From: Azolla caroliniana
Lineage: Eukaryota > Plantae > Polypodiophyta
Direction: 5' to 3'
DNA: 64,000 bases
Assembly: GCA_043228905.1 (NCBI GenBank)
Contig: JBHGNT010000015.1
Span: forward strand, 11,904,001-11,968,000
The notes under the pieces are model-generated. The model saw only the letters and a list, made by a program, of their open reading frames with translations. It ran no database searches and was not told the DNA's origin. Both the position numbers and the translations under genes were made by a program. Below, one piece after another: positions 1-13,631 of the stretch (the first letter of the stretch is position 1; the number at the start of each line of letters is the position of its first letter).

Positions 1-226
1 AACAACGCCGAACAAATCGACTATGTCTCTATTGCGGTGGACCAGGACACATTGCAATAAATTGTCCCCATAGGCCAAGAAGACATGTAAACCAAATAGT
101 TGCTAGTTCTAATTGTACTAAACCCGAGCTTATTACAGTAGGGATATCTGATAGTACTAATAGTACTAATAGCCTAGATCTAGCGAACAAATTTGATTTC
201 CTTAGTCAGTTAGAAGAAGAGTTAAA

Positions 227-3200
227 CGACTAAGTCCAGCCAAAATAGGAGCCGTTTGGTTGGACAACCCTAGATTTGTGCAGCCCATTAGTGGTTTCAT
301 TCCCTCTAAGCAAGTTCGCAAGGTGTTCGTAGCCCAAGTAACAATTAGTACTAAAAGTACCCCTCCAATACACGTCTTAGCACTTCTAGACTCCGGAGCT
401 AATTCTTGCTTTATGGATAGGAATTTTGCCCAAGCTCATCAGATATCTCTTAGAAAACTCTCGTGTCCAGCCTTTGTAGTCGTCATTGATGGTTGTCCCA
501 TTGCTTCCGGAAATATCATAGAAGAGTCAGAACCCGTTAATATTGTCCTAGATAGCTTAGCATGTGTAGTATCATTTAACATTATTAGTATCCCAAAACA
601 TCCCATCGTTTTGGGATTACCATGGTTCGAGTTACATAACCCAAACATAAATTGGAGAACAAGAGAAATCTGGTGTCGACAAACCCGAGGATCTACTCAG
701 AAGATTGCCACCATTTCACTACATCAGTTGCGGGAAGAAGGACGCAAGGAAGAAATGTTTCTCTTTGCAATATCACTAAAACCCTCCGACACCATTAAAG
801 AGGAGTCCACCGTTCAGCTTCCAAAGAAGTATCATCATTATGTCGATGTATTCGATAAAGTACGAGCCAATACACTTCCTCGCCATCGACCATATGATTG
901 CCCCATCAATTTACAACCGGGGAAAGAGCCACCATGGGGACCGATCTACAATTTGTCTCCAACCGAGCTAGAAGTCCTTCGAGCCTATATAAAGGAGAAT
1001 TTGGAGAATGGATTCATTCGACATTCGAAATCTCTAGCCGGCGCACCCATTTTCTTCGTCAAGAAAAAGGATGGCTCACTTCGTCTGGTGGTAGATTACC
1101 ATAGCTTGAATAAAGTTACAATCCGCAATAGGTATGCACTTCCCCTTATCTCAAGTCTTTTAGAACGGATCAATGGTGCCAGGTTCTTCACAAAGATCGA
1201 CTTACGGGGGGGGGGGGGGGGGCTATAACCTCGTACAGATCCGACCAGGAGATGAATGGAAGACCGTGTTCCGCACTAGATATGGGCACTTCGAGTATAC
1301 GGTCATGCCGTTCGGCCTCACTAATGCGCCAGCAGTCTTCCAGCACATGGCAAAATGATATATTCCGAGATCTCTTGGATGTGTGTCTGATCATCTACTT
1401 GGATGATCTACTGGTTTATTCAAAGACCGAAGAAGAGCATGATTCTCATGTACTGTTAGTACTAAAACAACTTCGAGAACATGGTCTTTACGCAAAGCTA
1501 GAAAAATGTAGTTTCGGGTGCAACCAGGTGGAATTTCTCGGCTACATCATTTCATCAGAAGGCATCTCCATGGACCCAGCTAAGGTCAAGACGGTGGTAG
1601 AATGGCAGACTCCGCGCTCGATGCGGGATGTGCAACGCTTTTTAGGCTTTGCCAATTTTTACCGGAAGTTTATACAAGATTACTCAAAGCTCGTTCTGCC
1701 TCTCACACAGCTTACCAAGAAGGGACAATTGTTCGTTTGGTCTGAAGAAGTAGATATGGCTTTCGAGAGTCTTAAAAAGACATTTACATCGGCTCCAATT
1801 CTAGGTCATGTCGATCCGGAAAAACCATTCATTATCGAAGCTAATGCATCGGATTTTGCATTGGGGAGCATTCTGTCACAACGGGGTAATGATGAGAAGC
1901 TACATCCTGTGGCTTTTCACTCACACAAGTTTGACGCTGCCGAAATCAACTACGAAATTCATGCTAAGGAGCTATTGCCAATAGTGGACTCGTTTATGCA
2001 ATGGAGGCAATTTTTAGAGGTATCCTCTCATCAAGTCACCATATTCAGTGACCATAAAAACCTTGCCTACTTTCAGGATGCTCGTGTGTTAAATCGACGT
2101 CAAGCTCAGTGGGCCCACTTCCTCACACGTTTTGACTTCAAAATTACATATCGTCCGGGGAAGCACCAAGGGAAGACAGATGCATTATCACGGCGTTCGT
2201 ATCTAACACCGCATCCTGGCGAGCCAGCTTTCGATAACCAAAAGCAAGTAATCTTGGGACCGGCACGACTGCAAGCAACACAGGTTTTTGGCCTGCCCAT
2301 GGATTCCCACATTATCAATATCATACCTGCAAACCTGAAGACAGATGCTTTCACCCAAGCTATACTAGCACAAATTGATCCCTCTCGAGCGTCGTGTTCA
2401 CAGTCGCAACCATCAGGTACGGACTATCGGCAATTCAAATACCATGATGGATTACTCTTCTTTAAAGAACTTTTGTATGTTCTTAATGGTTCTTGCCGCC
2501 TTCGAGTAGTACAAAACTGTCATGACACATATACAGCTAGGCATTTTGGTAGTACTAAAACATTAGATTTAGTACAACGATCATTCTGGTGGCCCTGTAT
2601 GCGACAATTTGTCGAAGATTTTGTTCAGACTTGTGATACATGGTGCAGAGTGAAAATGCCAAGGCATCATCCATATGGTTTATTAGAACCATTACCAATT
2701 CCAAGCAAGCCGTGGCAATCCATTGCTCTAGACTTCATCACAGATCTTCCAATCTCTAAGGGGTTCAATGCGATTCTAACAGTGGTAGATCGATATACGA
2801 AGATGGCTCATTTCTTGCCATGTACTAAGGAAATCTCCAGTGAAGACACCGCCGAAATTGTCATGCGTGAAGTATGTCGGCATCATGGACTTCCCGATAG
2901 TATCGTCAGCGACCGTGGACCCCAGTTCGTGTCAAAATTCTGGAAGCACCTTTTTAAAATGCTCAAGGTCACTTGTAACCTCTCCTCCAGCTACCACCCA
3001 CAAACCGACAGCCAAGCCGAACGAACAAATCAAACGCTGGAATAGTATCTGCGGTGCTTTCTCAGCTATCATCAAGATAACTGGGTAGATATTCTCCACT
3101 TCGCCGAATTTGCCTATAATAACTCTATCCACGCATCAACTAAAGTTACGCCATTTTATGCTTATACGGGATGTCACCCTCGGTGGAGTGTACTTGAAAC

Positions 3201-3828
3201 CCCAGAGGTGTCTACAAATCCTTGCGCGGAGGATCGTTTGGAGCAGTTACGCAAGATACAAGCGGATTTATCTACTCATCTCCAGCAAGCTCAACAAACA
3301 CACAAGGTCTACTCAGATCGTCATCGACTTCCATCTAGTTTACACATTGGAGATCAGGTGTGGCTGCTACGACGACACATCAAGACTACTCGCCCATGTG
3401 AGAAGTTCGATTATCGGCGATTAGGTCCTTTCTGTATTATCGGAAAGATTAATGATGTCGCTTTTCGTCTCGATCTACCCCCTCAACTTCGGATACATCC
3501 GGTGTTTCATAGTTCTCTCCTCGAACCCTATCACGAGAGCACCATCCCAGGACGTATTATACAACCTCCACCCCCGATCGAGCTTGAAGATGGACCAGAG
3601 TACGAGGTTGCCGCCATCCTTGATTCCAAGATTGTTCGCAACAAGCCCCACCGTCTAGTCGATTGGCTAGGCTATAGTCCCAGCGAACGTACTTGGGAAC
3701 CAATCGAGAATGTGACCAATGCTCGTGCGCTTCTTGAAGACTTCCATCGTCAATATCCACACAAACCGGGTCCTCCATCCAAAATGACTTGTGACACTCG
3801 TCGTTTTAAAGGGAGGATAGTGTCATGA
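227..3828 (+). pseudogene. pol: pol (PR-RT-RH-INT-chromodomain), disrupted
   Basis: ORF pieces 260-1228, 1173-1358, 1252-3045, 3208-3828. Frameshifts at a G17 run (1206-1222) and near 1355, stop at 3043-3045. Chromodomain EYEVAAILDSK...VDWLGYSPSERTWEP. Confidence 0.9.
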
Positions 3829-4110
3829 TATAGCAAAACTCGAACCCATGACCTTAGGTTATATGGGTCGAGCTCTTGACCATTATATCATCTATTGTAA
3901 TACGTAGGATATTATTTTCATTTACATTTTATTATAGGAAATTAATGTATATTCCAGATTTCTCTGGAACATTCTAGAAGCTTCAGGATTACTCCTAAGA
4001 ACACTATAAAAGATGGCACTAGGCATTATGTTGAACCAAATTGGTTCAACGCCAATCTTTAGCCTCATAGCCCTTGTGTACTTACTCTTCTTATAATATA
4101 TAATCTGTTC

Positions 4111-4179
<69 letters not shown>

Positions 4180-4330
4180 CTCGCTATCTCTCTCTCTCCT
4201 CTTCTCTCTTCCTCTCTCGGGAGTCTTACGCAATTCCTTCCTCTTAGTACTAATAGTACTTCCCTTCTCTAGTACTAATTCTCTCTCTATTTAGTACTAA
4301 TTCTCTCTCTGTTTAGTACTATTCCTGACA
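3821..4330 (+). repeat. 3' LTR of family A copy 1, containing a (CT)n tract
   Basis: TG...CA termini, preceded by the PPT, matches LTRs at 14103 and 19225. Confidence 0.92.
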
Positions 4331-6674
4331 TCACTTCAGTAGGTACATGAACATAGGCAAGGCATCCAAACACTTTTAAGTGTCCTAAACTCGGCTTTCT
4401 GCCATAAAAACATTCTTCAGGAGTTACTTCATGCACTTCAGATGTTATACATCTATTTAGAATATAATTTGTTGTGTTTACAGCTTCTGCCCAGTAATAC
4501 AATGGCATATTTTTTTCTGTCATCATGGCTCTTGCTATGTTCACCAGAGTTCTGTTTTTTCTCTCAACAACTCCATTTTGTTGTGGAGTATATCTACATG
4601 TAAACTGTCTCCTTATTCCTTGATTACATAGAAAATCAGAAATCTCATTTGAGAAGTATTCTCCTCCTCCATCAGATCTTAGGCATTTTATTCTAGTTCC
4701 AACCTGCTTTTCTACCATGCATTTAAACTTACGGAAAAAATCAAATACTTCACTTTTTTCTTTCATGAAATAAACCCATGTTTTCCTTGAGCAATCATCA
4801 ATGAAAGTTACATAAAACTTACATCCACTAATTGATGCATTTTTTGTTGGTCCCCATACATCTGTATGTACCAAATCCAACAAATTTTTGCTTACATGTC
4901 TTTCATGAGGGAAAGGCAACCTGTTTTGCTTTCCATATTGACATGCTTAACATTATGTGACCAATTCTTTTATGCCACATTTCCACATCTGAGATTACAC
5001 TCATTCCTTCTGCAAACATGGCTGTAATCTTTTTAGGCCACATTTTACATAAACATCCTTCCTTGACGTTTTCCTTTTGCAATAAGTTTTCCCTGTTTCT
5101 CTATAAAGCATCCACTTTGCTAAAACTTAACTTGCATTCCTTGCTCAACTATCTGTCCATTTTGCAAGGTTTGGAAGATGCATAACATTCAACATATATT
5201 TTTGTTTTCCTTTTTCTTCCCACAATGGGATATCTCCAACATGCTCTATTTGGTGAATAGTATTATCACCTATTTGTACATAACCAGGAATCTCTGGTTC
5301 TCTTAGACTTTCAAACCAGTTTGCATGTCCTGTCATATGATTAGATGCCCTAGAATCTACATACCACATAAACTCTTCATTGCATCTCTGTGAACATTCA
5401 ACCACTGCTGTTGTTTCATGTTTCATCACAAATGCACCATCTTTATCATAGTCTTCACTAGTTGAAGCATAGTTATTTTGCTGTCTCTTCCCTTTTTTTT
5501 CATCATTTTGCTTTTTGTAGCATTCAGCCTGTGTATGGCCTGGTTTTCCACAATACCAACAACCATCATCATTCAAATAGGTTTGCTTACCTCTTCCTCG
5601 ATTGCTCCCCCTGCCTCTGATGTTGTTTCTTCCACTTACAGCATGTTGTCCTCTTCCTTGATAATTGTTGTTGGTTCTAGCTGAACCAAATCTTCCATGG
5701 CCTCTTCCTCGGCCTCTTCCAGCACTATTGTAGAGGGCATGCCCCTCAGTCTCAGAGTTTCCTTTGTTTACATCATCAATCTGATTTCTTTCTTCCACTA
5801 CACACATTGAAACAAGATCTGGAAAACTTGGGATACTATCCCTTGTGAGAATAAATGTCCCAAGCTTCTTTTGGAAGCATAGCATCCTGTATGTGTCCAA
5901 GCATCGAATCTAAGATTCTAAGTGAGAGCCAATGCAATACCTTTCTTGCCCCTTGATTCCATTCCTTAAATGCTTTGATCTGTGCAGCTGTTGCATTTTC
6001 TTCAGGGATCTATGGAGCCTCTTCTAGGTCTCCTTCAATGTAATCCCAATATCCTTTTCCCATCAGGAAATTTGTCATTCTAAATTTCCACGCCGGGAAA
6101 TTGTTTTTATCCAACTTTTTTGTGACTATTTGGCTTCCATTATTTGTAGCCATTTTCTCTTTCAATTAGGGCTTTTGCTACAATTACTTCAACAAGCAAC
6201 TCTCTGATTCAAATTAGCAAATAGAGAAACAACCTTTCTCAGATATGTATTGTTCTGATCTTCTTATGAGCAACTCAACTCTAATACCATGTTACGAAGG
6301 CGCTACGGCTCTACGGATTGTGATGTGCTGGATCGTTTAGTGCTCAAGACAGAAAGGAAGGGGGAAGGAGACTTACCTCTACACAGTCCAAAAGCTTCTA
6401 TCTCATTACGCGCAGAGCTCAACTTGCTCTCGTCAGTTTTTCTGTTTTCTGTATTTTCTTCTCTCCTCTACTCTCACTCTTCTTTCTCACTTTTCTACTT
6501 ACTACACTTACTTTTTACCTAAGTATATAAGTGACTTATATATGCAGCTAATTAGCTGTCAGTAGCTAATTAACTATTTCAACTTTATGGCCACTAGTTG
6601 CTAATTAGCTAATAGCTACTATAGCTTATTTCTCAATAAGCATCACATACCTTTGTTGAGCTTGTTTCTCAACA
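4331..6674 (-). mobile_element. Ty1/copia element, 5' half (LTR-PBS-gag-PR-INT), degraded and cut by the gypsy insertion
   Basis: Minus-strand ORFs with CWYCGKPGHTQAEC, WYVDSRASNHM, LVHTDVWGP and LKVFGCLAYVHVP. PBS TGGTATTAGAG (tRNA-iMet type) at 6279-6289. LTR 6290-6674 reads TGTTGAG...GTAACA on the minus strand. Confidence 0.9.
6290..6674 (-). repeat. 5' LTR of the minus-strand copia element
   Basis: Adjacent to the PBS, TG...CA termini. Partner LTR is outside the window. Confidence 0.75.
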
Positions 6675-7133
6675 ATCATGGCTAGAGCCATTGTAATGTT
6701 TTTTGTCTAAACATTTCGACATGTATGCAGAAGTTCTACTAATGAAGAATAGTTTGTTTTTGGGAAAAAAGAAGAAGACTCGGACGGATGGAAACAAGGA
6801 GACACGAGACGGGGTCGAGCAGATGCAATGATTCTGTGTCTAAGTGTGTGTGTTTGGAGAGATGTGTGATTGATTCCTCATAGAAAGTTGTGTGTGTGGA
6901 GAGATGGGTGATTGATTTCCTCATAGACAATTCTACACAGAAAGAGTGTGTAGTGTGAAAGGGGGGAGAAACAGAGCATTTGATTGTGGATAGGAAGGAA
7001 ATCTCCTCTGCTTTATCTGGCCCCTTCTTTTTCTGTGGACTGCTTGCTGAAGAGAACAGAAGAGCAGAAAATATCCCCCAGGAGATCCTAAGAAGGCCAC
7101 GTGAGTACTCAAAATCAATCCATAGCCATAGCC

Positions 7134-7547
7134 ATGGCCATGGCCTCTTCTCTCAGCAGCACATGTGCTGCCACAACGCTCGGAGGCATTCAAGACAAGG
7201 TAATGTGCCTGTCATCAACATCTTCTTCTTCTTCTTCATCATCGTCTCCATCATCACCACCATCAACGTCAACAGGAATGTCTAGCCTCTCATATAGAAG
7301 AGAAGTGATGGGCACCGCTCTTTTGTTTCATCAGAATCAGAATGCTTTGATATTCTCTGAAGGCTCTTCTCTCTCCCATCATCATCATCATCATCATTCT
7401 CAAAGGAAACTTGTCATCGAGGCTGCGAAGCGGGTGGATAACAAACGAACTTATGTCCTCAGCTCCACACTCAAAGCAAGAGAGGGAGAGTATGAAAGAG
7501 TCTCGAAACTATGCCACGAAATCCGCGACTGGGCTCTCAGAAAGAAG
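7134..7547 (+). CDS. Host gene exon 1 (transit-peptide-like region, His tract, start of ABM-like domain)
   Basis: GCCATGGC start context, donor AAG|GTAAAA at 7547/7548. Confidence 0.85.
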
Positions 7548-9186
7548 GTAAAAACAATTTATTTCAAGCTTAAAATGTCAATTTCTGTTCTTTTTCTTTT
7601 TCATATTGGACATTAATCTACTTCTTCCATAGGCTTTGTTTTCTGGGTTGATACAAAAGCTTTTGTATTCAGACACTTGAGGACACTCTAGAGATATAGA
7701 GCATCACAATTGTAGTTTTTATGTAATTATATATATTGCTGCATAGGTAGAAATAATATGTTTCCTGGATCTGTATATCTTTGAATGAATGTGATTTCTT
7801 ATAGATTTGCATATTGTTGTATGGGCACATTTTCTTATGGGTTTGCATATCATTAGATGAACTTATTTTCTCATACATTTGTAAATTGGTGTGTGAACAT
7901 GGTTTCCTATGGATTTGTATTCCATTGGAAGAAAGAAGGATTGCTTCGAACACATGGTGCTGATAATATTTCTTTCATTTATTTGCCAAAGTTATGGATG
8001 TATTTATGAAGCTATGGTTTCCTTTGTTGAACAATTGTCTTGTAAAAAGAGCAATTGTCTTTCTCCAGAGAAATCACGACTTTGCTTGAATGTGAATACA
8101 AACAAACATTATTCAAGTTGCATTTTTGCTAGTCAGAATACATTTAAACCTAACGTAACACTGACATTATTTGTTATGTCTCAGACAGACAAATCTCTAG
8201 GAGTGAAACAGTTCGAATGCTATACTGACCTTTACGAGAAGAATGTGATTCATTTTATGGAAGAATATTGGAGTGTGCTTCATATGAACGATTTCCGGGC
8301 CTCTCCAGAGCATGTAAAGTTCTACAACGATGTAAGGCCATTTGATTTTATGCATCTCATAAAAAAATTGTAATTTTTTCTTTTCTTTTTCCATCACAAG
8401 ACTCTGTGGTTGTGGGTATCAAGAAAAGGCAAAACTTAAGCTACAATGTCAAAATTACCTTGTATAAATAAGGCAAAAGAGCAAAATCGACATGTAATAT
8501 ATAAAGGCACTATAAGATCTTGTTTATCATATTGAAATGGGTAATTTTGAAAATTATATGTACTTCGTTTACTCTCTTAGACTTGACAGAACCTTCATTT
8601 CTTGTTTTGTTTTTAATCTTCAGGTGAGACCTTTGCTTGAAGAACCAATTGCACTTGCAGCCTATGAACAAAGAGATGGCCAAATTGGATTCATGCTAAA
8701 CCCTATAGGTAGAACATACGAAAGATCACCTATAATTACTAGGGCAAAGCACCAACGTACCCCGCAATGTTTTGAATTTTTAACAAAATACCCTTAAGTT
8801 TCTAAAAGATGACATGAAATCTTAGAAGAAATCTTACCATTTTAATATATGCAGGACCCAAGGGTGAGGGGGGGCTTGATGATGCGACTGGCCAGGCAGG
8901 TAAAGGAGGCGACAAGTACATGAAACCGAAAGCTAAAAAGAGAAGGGGCATCGAGTTCGAATCAAAGGCAAGAAATGCAATGCAAGAAATTAGTGAAGAA
9001 GGTTCTGAGAAGGCTGCGTTACAGAGTGTTCCTGAGAATGTCGAGGGTAAAAGTAATTGGAGTTTTGAGAAGATACTAGCAAAGGTTATTGGCCTAGACT
9101 CAGATGATGCCGACTCAAACTTGGACTCTGCCCCTGTTAAAGAAGAGCAATGGAGCTTGAAGTCCCTTTTCGAGAAAAAGAAGTGA
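7134..9186 (+). CDS. Host gene, ~325 aa, probably plastid-targeted ABM (antibiotic biosynthesis monooxygenase-like, dimeric alpha-beta barrel) protein; exons 7134-7547, 8185-8331, 8624-8708, 8855-9186
   Basis: Three GT-AG introns join in frame (phases 0,0,1). Ser-rich N-terminus MAMASSLSS... resembles a transit peptide. Core YVLSSTLKAREGEYERV...GVKQFECYTDLYEKNVIHFMEEYWSVLHMNDFRASPEHVKF has ABM-like spacing. Followed by GPKGEGGLDDATG and a charged tail. Confidence 0.85.
8185..8331 (+). CDS. Host gene exon 2
   Basis: Acceptor TCAG|, donor GAT|GTAAGG, 147 nt in frame. Confidence 0.85.
8624..8708 (+). CDS. Host gene exon 3
   Basis: Pyrimidine tract plus CAG| acceptor, donor G|GTAGAA. Confidence 0.85.
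8855..9186 (+). CDS. Host gene exon 4
   Basis: Acceptor GCAG|, frame continues into ORF 8920-9186 and ends at TGA. Confidence 0.85.
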
Positions 9187-11564
9187 CCCCCTTTTTTGAT
9201 GCCATATACTTTGCCTATTCATGAAAAGTATGGATCGGATGTGCTTTGCTTCGTCACTCTTTGATTCATTTAGATGTGCAAAGCTTTGTTTTACTACTAA
9301 TCGAGTCTTTGTATGAGTTGTCATAATAATGCACCAATCTACATCCTAACATTGTCTTGCAAAGGTTTTACATTTCCATCTGTTTTTTGTGTTAGGGGAA
9401 AACTCTATCTAGTGGTGGTAGACCAAGCATTTACAACTACTTGAATATGTGACCTTTGGCCCTCTTCCCCCCCTCCCCACACCTTGATAATCCTACCATA
9501 TGGGTTCTCTCGCACTGTTGGTTTGGTGGTTTAGTCAATAGCATCAAAGTCATGCAATTGAGAGAACCCAACTTTGACTTGCTATGGACTCAACTCTGTC
9601 CTGTAGATATATATGAACTTGTCATTATAGAATCTCTCCATTTCGATCTCTATGTAAACATATTCTTTTGCTGAAACCTAGCCCATTTTCCAACCTAACA
9701 CAAGTTGAATGAATGTCTTATTGAGCAAGTATAAAAAGGTTTAAGAGACGGAAAGGTTTGCATCTTAAATAGGGATATGTGGCACATTTTATGTTAGGGC
9801 CAAAAATTGTGTGGGATGATTATGTGGATATGTAAACATAGTTTTCAGGAAATGATGGTTATGAATCATGAGTGTTATAGAACTTGACTCTATATTGTAC
9901 ATCAAATCATCCGATTGTAACAATGCATTCATTAGCAAGTGACACATTGTTACACCTCTAGTGACTTCTCTAAGGGCATCCTTTAGATTGTTTGGTGAAG
10001 AGATTCCCAAATTGGATGGTAGTGTGCTCTTAATGAATATTGTCTAATAGGCTTGTCATGAAAGATTATATACAAAGTTTTAATGGTGTTGATTTGTTTG
10101 ATTATAACCAACTTGAAATCCTATGAAATATTACATGGTAGGCTTACAATAGCTTGAATTGTGTGAACTCCATGTAATTTTTATCCTTCATCTCTTTCCC
10201 TTCACCTTGACTTTAGGCACATTTATCTTCGTCGTTTGCTTGAATCTCATTGTATCCAATAACATTTCCTCTTTTACAAGTGGTGACTACACATTTCTCG
10301 TTGGGAAAACAAAATTGAGAAAAAGATGTAAGGTGATGTGAGCAATGTGATGATTTTGTCAACCTTTCATCTTGCATGACATAAAATTTGGCCTTTGTCA
10401 AATGTAAGGAGAATGTGACTACTTGAAATGGCACAACTAAGTAGTTTTTTGGTTGATGGGACATTTGCATATAAAGTTTTGATTGTATGGTACTTCCTGA
10501 ACAAGAATTTTGTGAAAGGTTCCAATTTCCAGCAATATAGTGTGGTTCACTCCACTCCTCGTCACCAATGAATCCTTTCTAGTCTATATGTAGTTTAAGA
10601 GTCCTTCTAGAACCACATTTCAACATGATTTCTTTGCAATCACGACTTTTGGATCCAAATGAATCAAACGGAGGATAAATTATAACATAGGTTTGGGCAT
10701 AGATTTAAGTGGATAAGAAATTATGATGGATGGACAAAATATTTAAGCATGAGATGTTAACTATTGTGTGTAAAATAAAGAATGCACACACAATCCTTTT
10801 TAACTCAAACCATAGTATTCCTATATGCATATCTAGATTCTACACTTGATTCTCCTAAATGAAAATGTTATGTCCAAATCATGAGGGAATAAAATTTAAC
10901 ATAAAAATCATTAGTTTCATGCACTTGACAACATGAGTCTAATAATGTAGAAAAACAAGCCCATGTAGATATCAACGCCTTAGAAAATTGCCTGAGTTTA
11001 TATTTCAACAAGTACAATACATCTATTAATGTCACATTTTATAACATATTTATTCCATACTTGCGTGGATTTAAACAACCTTCTATCCATAAATAATGGC
11101 GTATATGTAATGCATATAATTAGTGGAAAATGGAAATGGCTATTACCTAACTTTCCTAGAGCCTCACACAATGTTGAGCCAAAGTCTATGGTTGTAATGA
11201 ACGGAAACAATATCCATTGGGAAATCCAAATATGCTTATGATGGCACCATGGTAATACTCTAATACATCATCATTGCATTAAAAGCCAACAAAAATGAAT
11301 TTGTAAAAAGTTGTGTGCGTGATGTTTAACTAGCAATGTGAATTTTATTTTATACAATGAATGCACCATTAGGCCCATAAAAAATATTAAACGCTTCACA
11401 TTCTTTTGGACTGAGTCAATGGGACCATAAATGAGTAGATATTTTTAATCCATTATTAAAACTACACAACTATCAAACACTTCAATGCAACATGCTAACT
11501 CATTTCTTGGCAATAGTAGTTCACAATTGATTCATGATCTAATTGGGATCAACTCTTTGCCAGC

Positions 11565-11860
11565 GTATGGTTCTCTTTTGACCATATAGAACCTTGTAAC
11601 TTTGCAATCGACTTATGTTCCTCTTTTGATCGTATGAAACCTCATAACTCTTAAATTATCCCTATTATTCTTTCGATCATACAAAACCATTGTGACTTGC
11701 AATCGACTTATGTTCCTCTTCTAATCATATGAACCTTGCGAACTCTCAATTGATCTCTATAAATCTCTCTTTCATACAAAACCTTGTGACTTGTAATCAA
11801 CTTACGTTCCTATTCTAATCGTATGAAACCTAATAACTCTCAATTGATCTCAAAAACTCT
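11565..11860. repeat. Degenerate tandem repeat, ~47-48 bp monomer with ~95 bp higher-order period
   Basis: GCAATCGACTTATGTTCCTCT-like units at ~11604, ~11699 and ~11793. Confidence 0.75.
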
Positions 11861-11879
11861 TATTGATTGCTTGAGGAGC

Positions 11880-13077
11880 ATACATACGACCTTGCTACAA
11901 AAAAGCTAAGATGTATGCAAATGAAGCGGAGATCCATTTGTTAAATTTTTCTTTAAGCAACGATGTTAAAGAAAACTGGCAACATTTGAAGGATATCATC
12001 ATTAAGGTTGGGTATCAATACTTTAAGAGGCATGTGGGTGGCCATAAGATGTGTAGTTTTCCATGTAATTCTTGGTTCGACGATGAATGTAAGATGTATC
12101 CTAAATGGTTTTCTTTTTCCAAAAAAGAACTCCTTCCATTAGTTATAAAATTTTACAAATGAGATTATTATGTACAAATCCCTATAGGGGCGCGATAGTT
12201 CCATCTTATGTGGATGCCCACTCACTCAAGAAAGGGAGAGGACGACCATTGTTGGATGAAGGCTATTCATTGTCTTTCAACTCCATCGGAGCCGCCCTTG
12301 AGGCCATCATATTGGCTCTTTAGAGTGGCGACAATTTCACTCCATATCTCTTGTAGTAACATTGTTGGATGCGCGGTTTGGTTGGAGATGTATCTCAAAT
12401 GGTTTAAGTCCATCGATGGGGAAAATGAAAAGATTGTTGCATGGCACCTTTATAAGAAAGTAGTGAGGAGAAACAAAAGAAAATATTTCCAAATGCAAGA
12501 GATGAAAAAGAAAAACTTGTTTAAGCTCGAACCAAAAATAGCATGGGGACAACTCAAGGGTAAGAAAGAAGATGTGAAAGGCCCATTTACAAATGAAGAG
12601 ATGTTAGACTATGTACAAAGGTTATATATGCATGAAGGTGTGGCTCCTATGGTTGAGAAAATTGAAACACCATGCACGATATGTATCGATATTGATGATG
12701 TCAATAAGGGAATAAAGAAGATGGTGAGTGGGAAAGCAACAGATGCAACGTACGTCTCAAGTGAGCTTTTAAAATGGACAATGCCACATACTCGTCATTG
12801 GATAATGACAATTATAGAGCAAGCTATAAAACAAGGATTTCCAAATGATTGGCTTATGAATTGGATTAAACCAATATTTAAAGCCGGAGATAAGAATCAA
12901 GTATCAAATTATCGTACAATAATGGTGAGCTCAACTATTGCTAAATTATATAGCACTATTTCGGAGCAAAAGATAAGCACATGGTCTGAAATTACAAAGC
13001 ACTTGGGCAAGCGGGATTTAGACCAAAACACTCTATTGTGGATAATTTGGTCACATTGAGAGAAATGATGGAAGAGA
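11880..13077 (+). mobile_element. LINE (RTE-X/RTE-like) ORF, 5' part, degraded
   Basis: PCNSWFDDECK...WIKPIFKAGDKNQVSNYRTIMV...QAGFRPKHSIVDNLVTLR. Stops at the element X LTR and resumes at 54753. Confidence 0.85.
12112..12385 (-). mobile_element. 5'-truncated L1/Tx1-like LINE 3' fragment inserted in the older LINE
   Basis: Flanked by a ~20 bp duplication AGATGTATCnnAAATGGTTT (12092-12111 / 12386-12405). A-rich tail on the minus strand. Removing it restores the host LINE frame. Confidence 0.7.
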
Positions 13078-13631
13078 GTTATCTCCTTCCTCGGGGAGAA
13101 CACCTTCGATTACTCCTAGGGTAATCGGGTCAAGGAATCGTGGTTATGTAGCAATGGAAACACATGAGTGACACAATTTGATTGAGTACGAGAATTGCCA
13201 ACCACCATCAGCCTTTATGACTTTCACTTAACATGGGGACAGAAATCCAACAATACAAATGAATAGTTGACGACATAAATACATTAGACCTACAACATGT
13301 ATATTATAAGATTAAGATAAAATGGTTACACAACCCACGGTCAAGATTACTATTCACTCTCTAACAGAAACATACATACAATGTGTTTCCTCCAACAGGG
13401 GATCTCCCTTCTTCCCTCTCTTATCCCGCGCCCTTTCCTGCTGTTTTGGCGTGTCTTTTATACCTTCTCGTTTTCTTGACACGCTCCAATTACTTCTCTC
13501 GTTTTCGGCCTCCAATCTCGGCCACGTATATTTTGTTTACCTTGTTCATTCTTGGCCGGTTCTTTTCCTCCTACCATACCTACTTGTTAGATTCGTTTCA
13601 CACTTATTGCCTCTTTGTCCCATGGATAACA
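13078..13631 (-). repeat. 3' LTR of element X
   Basis: Direct repeat of 54199-54752. Terminal T missing at the left junction. Confidence 0.92.

Larger units (their letters stand above)
1..4330 (+). mobile_element. Ty3/gypsy chromovirus (Tcn1-like), family A copy 1; 5' part outside the window; inserted into a copia integrase
   Basis: Gag zinc knuckle CLYCGGPGHIAINCP at the window start. Pol order PR (LLDSGA), RT (YLDD), RH, INT, chromodomain. PPT AAAGGGAGGATAG 3808-3820. LTR TGTCATGA...TGACA 3821-4330. Highly similar to 14103-19652. Confidence 0.95.

Noticed and set aside
1206-1222. G17 run as a recoding signal
   Set aside because: Absent from sibling copy A2 (CGGGGAGCATAT), so a copy-specific expansion or sequencing error.
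3922-4233. ORF with (RE)n repeat, and similar (SL)n ORFs at 14310, 35314, 38907 and 46268
   Set aside because: Translations of (CT)n microsatellites inside LTRs.
9700-11450. Possible decayed minus-strand coding or transposase remnant
   Set aside because: Only short Cys/His-containing fragments, with no domain or termini I can recognise.
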